From assembly GCA_964016885.1 (NCBI GenBank), contig OZ024766.1:18910001-18974000 (forward strand): 64,000 nucleotides of DNA, read 5' to 3'. The notes beneath the pieces were generated by a model, which was given only the letters and a program-made list of their open reading frames with translations, did no database searches and was not told the DNA's origin. The stretch is from Eledone cirrhosa (lineage: Eukaryota). Both the position numbers and the translations under genes were made by a program. Below, piece by piece: positions 1-12,341 of this stretch (the first letter of the stretch is position 1; every line of letters begins with the position of its first letter).

Positions 1-606
1 TACACATGGGTAACACATACCCACCGAAAAAAAAATGTGCAACCCTCATCTCCAGGAGTACGAAGAATTTGTACCCCTTTCCTCTCTTCCTTTTTTTTTC
101 TCAACCTACAGGCTGATATAGAGAGAAGGCCCAACCACTGGGGCCATTCTCGCCACTTTCACCCACCTTTCATAGAACTTGCTGGGCTACAGCACCTCTC
201 TCTCCATCCTGACTCTTCTTCCAAAGTGGTATTTGAAAAAAAGAATCAGTTGTTGGCCGGAGAGAAAGGTGTCTGACCTCAGCCCTTTCAACCTCTTTCG
301 CCATAGCTATCACACAGGAAAACCGCCTCTCCCTCGTTTTTGAAGGAGGGTGGAAGTTTGATCATGACAATGGACTCGGTGGTCAACTGGATTGGTCCCA
401 CCCGCGACAATAGTCGTTCTACATAGCCCCACAGGTCAGTGACGCCCGGGCAGTGTATGAATGCGTGCGCGACGGTTTCTTCGTCTCGCACGCACCTCGG
501 ACAGATCTTTTTTGCAGGGTCCCTGCCCGGGCGCCCATGTCTGTAGAGCTTGTCTCGAACTGGTAGAGCTCCTCGGTAGCACTGCCAGGCCAGGGACTTT
601 TGGAAG
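1..606 (-). mobile_element. 5'-truncated L1/Tx1-clade LINE, ORF2 C-terminus (zf-RVT-like CCHC) and 3' region, copy A (runs off the window edge)
   Basis: Minus-strand translation AWQCYRGALPVRDKLYRHG...CPRC...ETVAHAFIHCP..W is the C-terminal CxxC...HxxxxC motif of L1/Tx1 ORF2. It is frameshifted downstream, and 1-300 is homologous to 748-1060. Confidence 0.75.
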
Positions 607-628
607 AGATAGATAGATAGATAGATAT

Positions 629-1068
629 CTTTATTTACCATAAAGGCATAAAAAGAAGGGACAAATACAAAGGGGGAGTTTACATATAATCGAGTAAAAA
701 GGGTGTAACATGAAAATAATCGAAAATAACCTCAAAAGGGAGGGGACGTGATGGGGGTTGCACACACCCCCGAAAAAGTGTGCAATCCTTTGCCCGGGGA
801 GCACATGGAGAAGGTGCTCCCCTCTCCTTTACTTCTTTACCTACAGGATGGTATACAGAGAAGGCCCACTTACACGAGCCATTCTCGCCACTATCACCCA
901 CCTTTCATAAAACTGCCGGTGGCCAAGCACCTCTCTCTCCATTCTTATCCTTCTTCCGAAGTGATATCGGAAGAAGTAGACCAGACTATGGCCAGAGAGG
1001 AAGTTGCCTGACCTCAGACCTTTCAATTGTGTCCACCAAACAACCTCTTTCAACATGGCTATTACGCA
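629..1068 (-). mobile_element. L1/Tx1-clade LINE 3' end, copy B (end of ORF2 plus 3'UTR with AATAAA)
   Basis: ORF KEVVWWTQLKG...ERWVIVARMARV is homologous to copy A. The minus strand ends ...ggtaaataaaga and runs into (TATC)n. Confidence 0.7.
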
Positions 1069-1070
1069 AG

Positions 1071-1126
<56 letters not shown>
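1069..1126. repeat. (GATA)n microsatellite
   Basis: Directly visible; a second short tract lies at 607-628. Confidence 0.95.
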
Positions 1127-1228
1127 CTGGTGAGTGTCAGTAGTAGTAGTGTTGTAGCTACTACTACTACTACAATACTATAGTAACAGTACTACTGCTG
1201 CAACACTGCAGCAGTACTAGAGCAACAT

Positions 1229-1447
1229 TTGCCTATCTGTGTGTTTGTGTGTCTGTGTGTGTGTGTGTGTTTGTGGCTGTGTCTGTGTGTCTGTCTATAT
1301 GTTTGTGTGTGTGTGTGTGTGTGTGGCTGTGCCTGTGTGTGCGTTTGTGGCTGTGTGTCTATATGTGTGTGTGTGTGTGTGTGTATGTATGTGTGTGTGT
1401 CTGTGCGTGTGTTTGTGGCTGTGGCTGTGTATGTGTGTCTGTCTATA

Positions 1448-1478
<31 letters not shown>

Positions 1479-1599
1479 ATGCATGTGTATGTGGCTGTGT
1501 CTGTGTGTCTGTCTACATATGTGTGTGTGTGTATGTCTGTGTGTATGTGTGCCTGTGTGTATGTCTGTGTGTGTGTATGTGTGTGTGTGTGCATGTGTC

Positions 1600-1632
<33 letters not shown>

Positions 1633-1707
1633 ATGTGTGTATGTATGTGTCTGTGTGTGTGTGTGTCCATGAGTGTGTGTGTATGTCTGTGTGTGTGTGT
1701 GTGTGTC

Positions 1708-1740
<33 letters not shown>

Positions 1741-2012
1741 ATGTGTGTATGTATGTGTCTGTGTGTGTGTGTGTGTGTCCATGAGTATGTGTGTATGTCT
1801 GTGTGTGTGTGTGTGTGTGTGTGTCTGTGTGTGCAACACTACATGTGTTTAACAGGTGAACTGTAGCAATGTTCTGAGTCATGCTTGACATACAGTGTGT
1901 GTCTGTGTATCAGTGTGTGTGTATGTGTATCAGTGTATGTGTGTATGTGTGTATGTATGTCTGTGTATCAGTATATATGTGTGTGTGTGTGTGCATCAGT
2001 ATGTGTGTGTAT

Positions 2013-2048
<36 letters not shown>

Positions 2049-2326
2049 CAGTGTGTGTGTGTGTCTGTGTCTGTGTGTGTATCAGTATGTGTGTGTGTGT
2101 GTATCAGTATATATGTGTGTGTATCAGTGTGTGTGTGTGTGTGTGTGTATCAGTATGTGTGTGTGTGTGTGTGTATCAGTATGTGTGTGTGTGTGTGTGT
2201 ATCAGTATGTGTGTGTGTGTGTGTGTGTGTGTCTGTGTGTATCAGTATGTGTGTGTGTGTGTGTGTGTATCAGTATGTGTGTGTGTGTGTGTGTGTGTAT
2301 CAGTGTCTGTGTCTGTGTGTGTATCA

Positions 2327-2363
<37 letters not shown>

Positions 2364-2412
2364 TGTGTGTGTGTGTCTGTGTGTGTATCAGTGTGTGTGT
2401 GTGTGTGTGTGT
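1229..2412. repeat. Degenerate (GT)n-rich microsatellite block
   Basis: gtgt/gtat/gtct/atca interspersed dinucleotide tract. Confidence 0.95.
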
Positions 2413-2414
2413 TA

Positions 2415-2840
2415 ACAAAGAAGGGTTAGAGTTAGAGTTAGGGAAAGTGGTAGATAGCTTCCAGTACCTAGGAGATCAGATTAGCATGGGTGAGGGTGGG
2501 AGGTGTTCTGAGGCCATAGTATCTAGAATAAGGACGGGTTGGAAGAAGTTTAGGGAGCTGCTTCCTCTGCTTGCGAAGAAGGGTTTATCCCTGCGTACGA
2601 AAGGCCGGTTGTATGATGCCTGTGTGAGGAGCGCGATGCTGCATGGTAGTGAGACATGGGCAGCAACTGCAGAGGATATGCGATGGCTGGAGAGAAATGA
2701 AGCAAGCATGCTCCGTTGGATGTGCAGTGTCAATGTGTGTGAACGACCAAGCAAAGATGTGTTGAGAGAGAAACTGTGTATAAGAGGGATAAGTTGTGGT
2801 GTGTGGGAGAGAAGACTGAGATGGTATGGACATGTGATGA
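2415..2840 (+). mobile_element. RTE-clade LINE fragment (RT C-terminal region)
   Basis: VVDSFQYLGDQIS...RIRTGWKKFRELLPLL...GRLYDACVRSAMLHGSETW...LERNEASMLRWMC...RLRWYGHV is typical RTE ORF sequence. Confidence 0.9.
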
Positions 2841-5477
2841 GTTGAGAGAGAAACTGGGTATAAGAGGGATAAGTTGTGGTGTGTGGGAGAGAAGACTGAG
2901 GTGGTATGGACATGTGATGTGTTGAGAGAGAAACTGGGTATAAGAGGGATAAGTTGTGGTGTGTCGGAGAGAAGACTGAGATGGTATGGACATGTGATGT
3001 GTTGAGGGAGAAACTGTGTATAAGAGGGATAAGTTGTGATGTGTGGGAGAGAAGACTGAGGTGGTATGGATATGTGATGAGTTGAGAGAGAAACTGGGTA
3101 TAAGAGGGATAAGTTGTGGTGTGTGGGAGAGAAGACTGAGATGGTATGGACATGTGATGAGTTGAGAGAGAAACTGGGTATAAGAGGGATAAGTTGTGGT
3201 GTGTGGGAGAGAAGACTGAGGTGGTATGGACATGTGATGTGTTGAGAGAGAAACTGGGTATAAGAGGGATAAGTTGTGGTGTGTGGGAGAGAAGACTGAG
3301 ATGGTATGGACATGTGATGTGTTGAGGGAGAAACTGTGTATAAGAGGGATAAGTTGTAGTGTGTGGGAGAGAAGACTGAGGTGGTATGGATATGTGATGA
3401 GTTGAGAGAGAAACTGTGTATAAGAGGGATAAGTTGTGATGTGTGGGAGAGAAGACTGAGATGGTATGGACATGTGATGTGTTGAGGGAGAAACTGTGTA
3501 TAAGAGGGATAAGTTGTAGTGTGTGGGAGAGAAGACTGAGGTGGTATGGATATGTGATGAGTTGAGAGAGAAACTGGGTATAAGAGGGATAAGTTGTGAT
3601 GTGTGGGAGAGAAGACTGAGATGGTATGGACATGTGATGTGTTGAGAGAAAAACCGTGTATAAGAGGGATAAGTTGTGGTGTGTGGGAGAGAAGACTGAG
3701 ATGGTATGGACATGTGATGTGTTGAGAGAGAAACTGGGTATAAGAGGGATAAGTTGTGGTGTGTGGGAGAGGAGACTGAGATGGTATGGATATGTGATGA
3801 GTTGAGAGAGAAACTGGGTATAAGAGGGATAAGTTGTGGTGTGTGGGAGAGAAGACTGAGATGGTATGGACATGTGATGAGTTGAGAGAGAAACTGGGTA
3901 TAAGAGGGATAAGTTGTGGTGTGTGGGAGAGAAGACTGAGGTGGTATGGACATGTGATGAGTTGAGAGAGAAACTGGGTATAAGAGGGATAAGTTGTGAT
4001 GTGTGGGAGAGAAGACTGAGATGGTATGGACATGTGATGTGTTGAGAGAGAAACTGTGTATAAGAGGGATAAGTTGTAGTGTGTGGGAGAGAAGACTGAG
4101 GTGGTATGGATATGTGATGAGTTGAGAGAGAAACTGGGTATAAGAGGGATAAGTTGTGATGTGTGGGAGAGAAGACTGAGATGGTATGGACATGTGATGT
4201 GTTGAGAGAGAAACTGTGTATAAGAGGGATAAGTTGTGGTGTGTGGGAGAGAAGACTGAGATGGTATGGACATGTGATGTGTTGAGAGAGAAACTGGGTA
4301 TAAGAGGGATAAGTTGTGGTGTGTGGGAGAGGAGACTGAGATGGTATGGATATGTGATGAGTTGAGAGAGAAACTGGGTATAAGAGGGATAAGTTGTGGT
4401 GTGTGGGAGAGAAGACTGAGATGGTATGGACATGTGATGAGTTGAGAGAGAAACTGGGTATAAGAGGGATAAGTTGTGGTGTGTGGGAGAGAAGACTGAG
4501 GTGGTATGGACATGTGATGAGTTGAGAGAGAAACTGGGTATAAGAGGGATAAGTTGTGATGTGTGGGAGAGAAGACTGAGATGGTATGGACATGTGATGT
4601 GTTGAGAGAGAAACTGTGTATAAGAGGGATAAGTTGTGGTGTGTGGGAGAGGAGACTGAGGTGGTATGGATATGTGATGAGTTGAGAGAGAAACTGTGTA
4701 TAAGAGGGATAAGTCGTGGTGTGTGGGAGAGAAGACTGAGATGGTATGGACATGTGATGTGTTGAGAGAGAAACTGTGTATAAGAGGGATAAGTTGTAGT
4801 GTGTGGGAGAGAAGACTGAGATGGAATGAACATGTGATGAGTTGAGAGAGAAACTGGGTATAAGAGGGATAAGTTGTAGTGTGTGGGAGAGAAGACTGAG
4901 ATGGTATGGACATGTGATGTGTTGAGAGAGAAACTGTGTATAAGAGGGATAAGTTGTGGTGTGTGGGAGAGAAGACTGAGGTGGTATGGACATGTGATGT
5001 GTTGAGAGAGAAACTGTATAAGAGGGATAAGTTGTGGTGTGTGGGAGAGAAGACTGAGATAGTATGGACATGTGATGTGTTGAGAGAAACTGTGTATAAG
5101 AGGGATAAGTTGTGGTGTGTGGGAGAGAAGACTGAGGTGGTATGGACATGTGATGTGTTGAGAGAGAAACTGTGTATAAGAGGGATAAGTTGTAGTGTGT
5201 GGGAGAGAAGACTGAGATGGAATGAACATGTGATGTGTTGAGAGAGAAACTGTGTATAAGAGGGATAAGTTGTGGTGTGTGGGAGAGAAGACTGAGGTGG
5301 TATGGACATGTGATGTGTTGAGAGAGAAACTGTATAAGAGGGATAAGTTGTGGTGTGTGGGAGAGAAGACTGAGGTGGTATGGACATGTGATGTGTTGAG
5401 AGAGAAACTGTATAAGAGGGATAAGTTGTGGTGTGTGGGAGAGAAGACTGAGATGGTATGGACATGTGATGAGTTGA
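2761..5477 (+). repeat. 80-bp minisatellite (~34 copies) derived from the RTE ORF segment LREKLGIRGISCGVWERRLRWYGHVM
   Basis: Period 80 (2761, 2841, 2921...), with a few 78-bp units near the end. The first unit is contiguous with the RTE ORF. Confidence 0.95.
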
Positions 5478-5620
5478 TAGTTTTGGTACCCTTGAAATAT
5501 ATATAATAGAATAAATATGGTTTCATAAATATAGTTTCCATTTATTTAATATCATTGTATATATATATATATATAGTGACGAAACATAAGTCAATTGCAT
5601 GAACTCATAATCCTTTATTT

Positions 5621-5676
5621 ACTGCTATATATATTTCGATGATAGCCATTGAATGGCTATGACCTCATCAGGCAGT
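5621..5676 (-). ncRNA. Type-I hammerhead ribozyme motif (PLE/retrozyme-like), family H1
   Basis: Minus strand: actgc-CTGATGA-ggtc atagccat tca atggctat catc-GAAA-tatata-TA^gcagt. Stem I is actgc/gcagt, stem III is palindromic, and AATAAA follows just downstream. Confidence 0.75.
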
Positions 5677-5739
5677 TAGTCAGTTCTTAGATATGCCAGC
5701 TCTGTGTTTATAGTGTTGATGGTATCAGTTCCTTGGGAC

Positions 5740-5773
<34 letters not shown>

Positions 5774-5807
5774 GACCAAAAGTTAAACAAGCTTAACTGA
5801 TTAATCA

Positions 5808-6594
5808 ATGAATATACATACAAACACACACACACAAACATACAAACACACACACAAAACAAACATGCAAACACACACACACACACAAAAACACAAACAT
5901 AAACATACAAACATAAAAACACACACACAAACATACAAACACATACAAACACACAAACATAAACATACAAACACACACAAACATAAACATACAAACATAA
6001 ACATACAAACACACACACAAACATAAACATACAAACAAACATACAAACACAAACATACAAACACACATGCAAACACACACACACACAAAAACACAAACAT
6101 ACATGCACACACACACACAAAAACACAAACATGCAAACACACACAAACATACAAAAACATACAAACATGCAAACACACACACACAAACATGCAAACACAC
6201 ACACACATACAAAAACATACAAACATGCAAACACACACACACAAACATGCAAACACACACACACATACAAAAACACAAACATACAAACACATACACACAA
6301 ACACACACAAACATAAACATACAAACATACAAACATAAACATACAAACAAACACACACACACACAAACACACAAACACACATGCAAACACAAACATACAA
6401 ACACACACACAAACACACATGCAAACACACACACAAACATACAAACACACACAAACAAACATACATACACACATGCAAACACACACACAAAAACATACAA
6501 ACACATACACACACAAAAACAAACATAAACACATACACACAAACATACAAACACACACACACATGCATACACACACACACACACACACACACAC
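5808..6594. repeat. (CA/CAAA)n-rich microsatellite
   Basis: Directly visible. Confidence 0.95.
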
Positions 6595-6719
6595 TGTGTC
6601 ATGGTGACTAACTCAGAAAATATGCAGCGACAACAACAACAGCTGCTGCTGTTGTTGCTGCAACAGCTGCACTCACTGCACCAGTTGAGCAGTGTCAACC
6701 AACTGGTGTTGGTTGACAT

Positions 6720-8480
6720 GGTGGTGGTGGTGTGGTGTTGTGGTGTGGTGTTGTGGTGGTGTGGTGGTGGTGTGGTGTTGTTGTGTGGTGGTGGTGTGGT
6801 GTTGTTGTGGTGGTGGTGGTGTGGTGGTGTTGTGGTGTTGTTGTGTGGTGGTGGTGTGGTGGTGTTGTTGTGTGGTGGTGGTGTGGTGTTGTGGTGTGGT
6901 GGTGGTGTGGTGTTGTTGTGGTGGTGGTGTGGTGGTGTTGTGGTGTTGTTGTGTGGTGGTGGTGTGGTGTTGTGGTGTGGTGTTGTGGTGGTGTGGTGGT
7001 GGTGTGTGGTGGTGGTGTGGTGTTGTTGTGGTGGTGGTGGTGTGGTGGTGTTGTGGTGTTGTTGTGTGGTGGTGGTGTGGTGTTGTGGTGGTGGTGGTGT
7101 GGTGGTGGTGTGGTGTTGTTGTGGTGTGGTGGTGGTGTTGTGGTGGTAGTGGTGGTGTGGTGTTGGTGTTGTTGTGGTGTGGTGGTGGTGTTGTGGTGGT
7201 AGTGGTGGTGTGGTGGTGTGGTGTTGTGGTGTGGTGGTGGTGTGGTGTTGTTGTGGTGGTGGTGTGGTGGTGGTAGTGGTGGCGGTGTGGTGGTGTTGTG
7301 GTGGTGGTGTTGGTGGTGTGGTGGTGGTGTGGTGGTGTTGTTGTGGTGTGGTGGTGGTGTTGTGGTGGTGTTGTGGTGGTGTTGTGGTGGTGGTGTGGTG
7401 GTGTTGTGGTGGTGGTGGTGTGGTGGTGGTGTGGTGGTGGTGTGGTGTTGTTGTGTGGTGGTGGTGTGGTGGTGGTGTGGTGTTGTGGTGTTGTTGTGTG
7501 GTGGTGGTGTGGTGTTGTTGTGTGGTGGTGGTAGTAGTGGCGGTGTGGTGGTGTTGTGGTGGTGGTGTTGGTGGTGTGGTGGTGGTGTTGTTGTGTGGTG
7601 GTGGCGGTGTGGTGTGGTGGTGGTGGCGGTGTGGTGTTGTAGTGTTGTGGTGTTGTGGTGGGGTGGTGTTGTGGTGGCGGTGTGGTGGTGTGGTGGTGGT
7701 GTGGTGGTGGTGGTGTGGTGTTGTGGTGTTGTGGTGTGGTGTGGTGGTGGTATGGTGTTGTGTGGTGGTGGTGTGGTGTTGTGGTGGTGGTGGTGTGGTG
7801 GTGTGGTGGTGGTGTGGTGGTGGTGGTGTGGTGGTGGTGGTGTGGTGTTGTGGTGTTGTGGTGTTGTGGTGTGGTGGTGGTATGGTGTTGTGGTGGCGGT
7901 GTGGTGGTGTGGTGTTGTGGTGTTGTGGTGGCGGTGTGGTGGTGTGGTGGTGGTGTGGTGGTGGTGGTGTGGTGTTGTGGTGTTGTGGTGGGGTGGTGTT
8001 GTGGTGTTGTGGTGGTGGTGTGGTGGTGTTGGTATGTAGTGGTGGTGTTGGTGGTGGTATGTAGTGGTGGTGTGGTAGTGGTGTTGGTATGTAGTGGTGG
8101 TGTTGGTGGTTGTGGTAGTGTTGGTGGTGGTATGTAGTGGTGGTGGTGTTGGTATGTAGTGGTGGTGTTGGTATGTAGTGGTGGTGTTCGTTGACATGGT
8201 GGTGTGGTGTTGTGGTGTGGTGGTGGTGTTGGTATGTAGTGGTGGTAGTAGTGGTGTTGTGGTATGGTGTGGTGGTGTGGTGCGGTAGTTGTGGTGGTGG
8301 TGTGGTGGTGGTATGTAGTATTGGTGGTAGTGGTGGTTGTGTTGCTGGTATGGTGTGGTGGTGGTGTGGTGTGTGGTGGTGGTGTGGTGTGTAGTGGTGG
8401 TGGGGTGGTTGTGTTGCTGGTGGTGATTCAGGAATGTAATGGTGGTTGTAGTATGTAGTGGTGGTGGTGAAGGTGGTGGT
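6720..8480. repeat. (GGT/GTG/TGTGG)n low-complexity tract
   Basis: Directly visible. Confidence 0.95.
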
Positions 8481-8635
8481 GGCTTGCTGCCCCCCCCCCC
8501 CCCCCCCTTACAATCTCACACACAGACACACGCGTGTGTGTTGCATAACAGTGCACATGGCATCCACCATTGCAAATATAGCTGCAGTTGTTAACCCTAA
8601 GCAAGACCTGACTCAGCAGATAGAGCTATGATCAC

Positions 8636-10250
8636 ACATAGTGTATCTAGGACTACATTATCTAATGTACAGTACAGTAGTTAGTATTAGTGGCTATCAG
8701 ACATAGTGTATCTAGGACTACATTATCTAATGTACAGTACAGTAGTTAGTATTAGTGGCTATCAGACATAGTATATCTAGGACTACATTATCTAATGTAC
8801 AGTACAGTAGTTAGTATTAGTGGCTATCAGACATAGTGTATCTAGGACTACATTATCTAATGTACAGTACAGTAGTTAGTATTAGTGGCTATCAGACATA
8901 GTATATCTAGGACTACATTATCTAATGTACAGTACAGTAGTTAGTATTAGTGGCTATCAGACATAGTATATCTAGGACGACATTATCTAATGTACAGTAC
9001 AGTAGTTAGTATTAGTGGCTATCAGACATAGTATATCTAGGACTACATTATCTAATGTACAGTACAGTAGTTAGTATTAGTGGCTATCAGACATAGTATA
9101 TCTAGGACTACATTATCTAATGTACAGTACAGTAGTTAGTATTAGTGGCTATCAGACATAGTATATCTAGGACTACATTATCTAATGTACAGTACAGTAG
9201 TTAGTATTAGTGGCTATCAGACATAGTATATCTAGGACTACATTATCTAATGTACAGTACAGTAGTTAGTATTAGTGGCTATCAGACATAGTATATCTAG
9301 GACTACATTATCTAATGTACAGTACAGTAGTTAGTATTAGTGGCTATCAGACATAGTGTATCTAGGACTACATTATCTAATGTACAGTACAGTAGTTAGT
9401 ATTAGTGGCTATCAGACATAGTGTATCTAGGACTACATTATCTAATGTACAGTAGTTAGTATTAGTGGCTATCAGACATAGTGTATCTAGGACTACATTA
9501 TCTAATGTACAGTACAGTAGTTAGTATTAGTGGTTATCTGACATAGTATATCTAGGACTACATTATCTAATGTACAGTACAGTAGTTAGTATTAGTGGCT
9601 ATCAGACATAGTGTATCTAGGACTACATTATCTAATGTACAGTACAGTAGTTAGTATTAGTGGCTATCAGACATAGTGTATCTAGGACTACACTATCTAA
9701 TGTACAGTAGTTAGTATTAGTGGCTATCAGACATAGTATATCTAGGACTACATTATCTAATGTACAGTACAGTAGTTAGTATTAGTAGCTATCAGACATA
9801 GTGTATCTAGGACTACATTATCTAATGTACAGTACAGTAGTTAGTATTAGTGGCTATCAGACATAGTGTATCTAGGACTACATTATCTAATGTACAGTAG
9901 TTAGTATTAGTGGCTATCAGACATAGTGTATCTAGGACTACATTATCTAATGTACAGTACAGTAGTTAGTATTAGTGGTTATCTGACATAGTATATCTAG
10001 GACTACATTATCTAATGTACAGTACAGTAGTTAGTATTAGTGGCTATCAGACATAGTGTATCTAGGACTACATTATCTAATGTACAGTACAGTAGTTAGT
10101 ATTAGTGGCTATCAGACATAGTGTATCTAGGACTACACTATCTAATGTACAGTACAGTAGTTAGTATTAGTGGCTATCAGACATAGTATATCTAGGACTA
10201 CATTATCTAATGTACAGTACAGTAGTTAGTATTAGTAGCTATCAGACATA
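8636..10250. repeat. 65-bp minisatellite (~25 copies)
   Basis: Unit acatagtgtatctaggactacattatctaatgtacagtacagtagttagtattagtggctatcag; period 65 (8701, 8766), with a few 60-bp units lacking one gtaca. Confidence 0.95.
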
Positions 10251-10332
10251 CATAATATATATATATATTTTTACACACACATATATATACACACACACAC
10301 ATATATATATACACATACATACACACACACAC

Positions 10333-10383
<51 letters not shown>

Positions 10384-10411
10384 CACACACACATATATAT
10401 ACACACACACA

Positions 10412-10457
<46 letters not shown>

Positions 10458-11358
10458 CACACACACATATATATATATATACCCAGTGTGTGTTTAGCTG
10501 ATTGTGGAAGTTGGCAAAGAAACAACTCAAAATTAACTAACCCCACCGCACACCACAGTGGGAGGTGGTAGTGGTGGTGGTGGTGGTAGAGGTTGAGGTG
10601 GTAGTGGTGTAGAGGTGGTATAGGTGGTGGTAGTAGTGGTGTAATGATGGTAGAGGTTGAGGTGGTAGTGGTGTAATGATGGTAGAGGTTGAGGTGGTAG
10701 TGGTGTAGTGGTGGTAGAGGTTGAGGTGGTAGTGGTGTAATGATGGTATAGGTGGTGGTGGGGGTAGTGGTGTAGTGGTGGTATAGGTGGTGGTGGTAGT
10801 GGTGTAATGATGGTATAGGTGGTGGTGGGGGTAGTGGTGTAATGATGGTAGAGGTGGTAGTGGTGTAATGGTGGTAGAGGTGGTGTTGTGGAGGTGGTAG
10901 TATTAGTGATAGTAGTAGTAGCAGCAGCAGTGATAGTAGTGGTAGCTACAGTAGCAGTGGTAGCTACAGTAGCAGTAGTAGTATTGGTAGTAGTAGTATT
11001 GGTAGTAGTAGTATTGGTGGTAGTAGTAGTAGTAGTAGTAATAGCTATAGTAGCAGTAGTAGTAGTAGCTATAGTAGTAATAATGGTAGTGGTAGTAGTA
11101 GAAGTAGTGGTCTACTGTCCTAGTTACCTGCTCTATTGATCTTGGCATCTAACCATCTCCCTACCTACACCCATACATCTATATATACACACACGTCTAT
11201 ATAGACATATGTGTATATATACACACACGTCTATATAGACATATGTGTATATATACACACACGTCTATATAGACATATGTGTATATATACACACACGTCT
11301 ATATAGACATATGTGTATATATACACACACGTCTATATAGACATGTGTATATATATAT

Positions 11359-11850
11359 ATGTTACATGGCAGTAAGACCTGGGCATTGTGTGCAGAGGAT
11401 CTACGCAGACTGGAGAGGAACGAGGCTTGCATGCTCCGCTGGATGTGTAATAGTAACATACGTGAACGGCAAAGCATAAACGAACTAAGGGAGAAATTAG
11501 GAATAAGAGGGGTCAGATGTTGTTTACTCGAGAGAAGGCTACGTTGGTACGGTCACGTGATGCGCATGAAAGACGACAGCTGTATAAAAAAGTGCAGGGC
11601 AATAAAGATAGATGGTAGCCACGGAGTAGGCAGACCCAGAAAAACCTGGGACGACTTGATAAATTCCGACCTCACACACTTACACCTCTCCAAGACAATG
11701 TCACTGGACCGAGATCTTTGGCGCTACACAGTAATACAGAAGACCCGCCTTACCTAAATACAAAGTAAAACCTACTACAGTCAGTAGTCACCTCTAACAA
11801 AATACACCCCCGTCCCACTACCACCACCCCATCCACACCACCCCCTTCAA
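11359..11850 (+). mobile_element. RTE-clade LINE 3' end (ORF end plus 3'UTR)
   Basis: MLHGSKTW...LERNEACMLRWMC...RLRWYGHVMRM...GRPRKTW...DRDLWR. The 3'UTR ctaacaaaatacaccccgtcccactacc recurs at ~28007-28060. Confidence 0.9.
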
Positions 11851-12312
11851 TGTAAAGTGATCGTGGAGGTGCCACAGCAAAAAAAGCACCCAGCACTCAC
11901 TGTAAAGTGGTCGTGGAGGTGCCACGGCAAAAAAGCACCCAGCACACACTGTAAAGTGGTCGTGGAGGTGCCACGGCAAAAAAGCACCCAGCACACACTG
12001 TAAAGTGGTCGTGGAGGTGCCACGGCAAAAAAGCACCCAGCACTCACTGTAAAGTGGTCGTGGAGGTGCCACGGCAAAAAAGCACCCAGCACTCACTGTA
12101 AAGTGGTCGTGGAGGTGCCACGGCAAAAAAGCACCCAGCACTCACTGTAAAGTGGTCGTGGAGGTGCCACGGCAAAAAAGCACCCAGCACTCACTGTAAA
12201 TGAGGTTGGTGTTAGGAAGGGCATCCAGCTGTAGAAATCAAGCCAGAATCAGTTCCCGTCCCACCCTTGCAAGCAGGGAAAAGCAGACGTAAAATAATGA
12301 TGATGATGATGA
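11850..12312 (+). mobile_element. SINE family A 3' part with ~7 copies of the internal 49-bp unit and an RTE-type (GAT)n tail
   Basis: gcacccagcactcactgtaaagtggtcgtggaggtgccacggcaaaaaa repeats, then ttaggaagggcatccagctgtagaaa...cccttgcaagcagggaaaagcagacgtaaaat(gat)n. Confidence 0.85.
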
Positions 12313-12341
12313 TATACATACATACATACATACATACATAC

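Noticed and set aside
2476-5541. 850-1021 aa minus-strand ORFs
   Set aside because: They are antisense readings of the 80-bp RTE-derived array. All three frames are open only because the unit lacks stops on that strand.
8636-10250. CRISPR-like regular repeats (also 47025-48502, 50611-51827 and 61908-63128)
   Set aside because: Head-to-tail units with no unique spacers, no cas genes, and a eukaryotic context.
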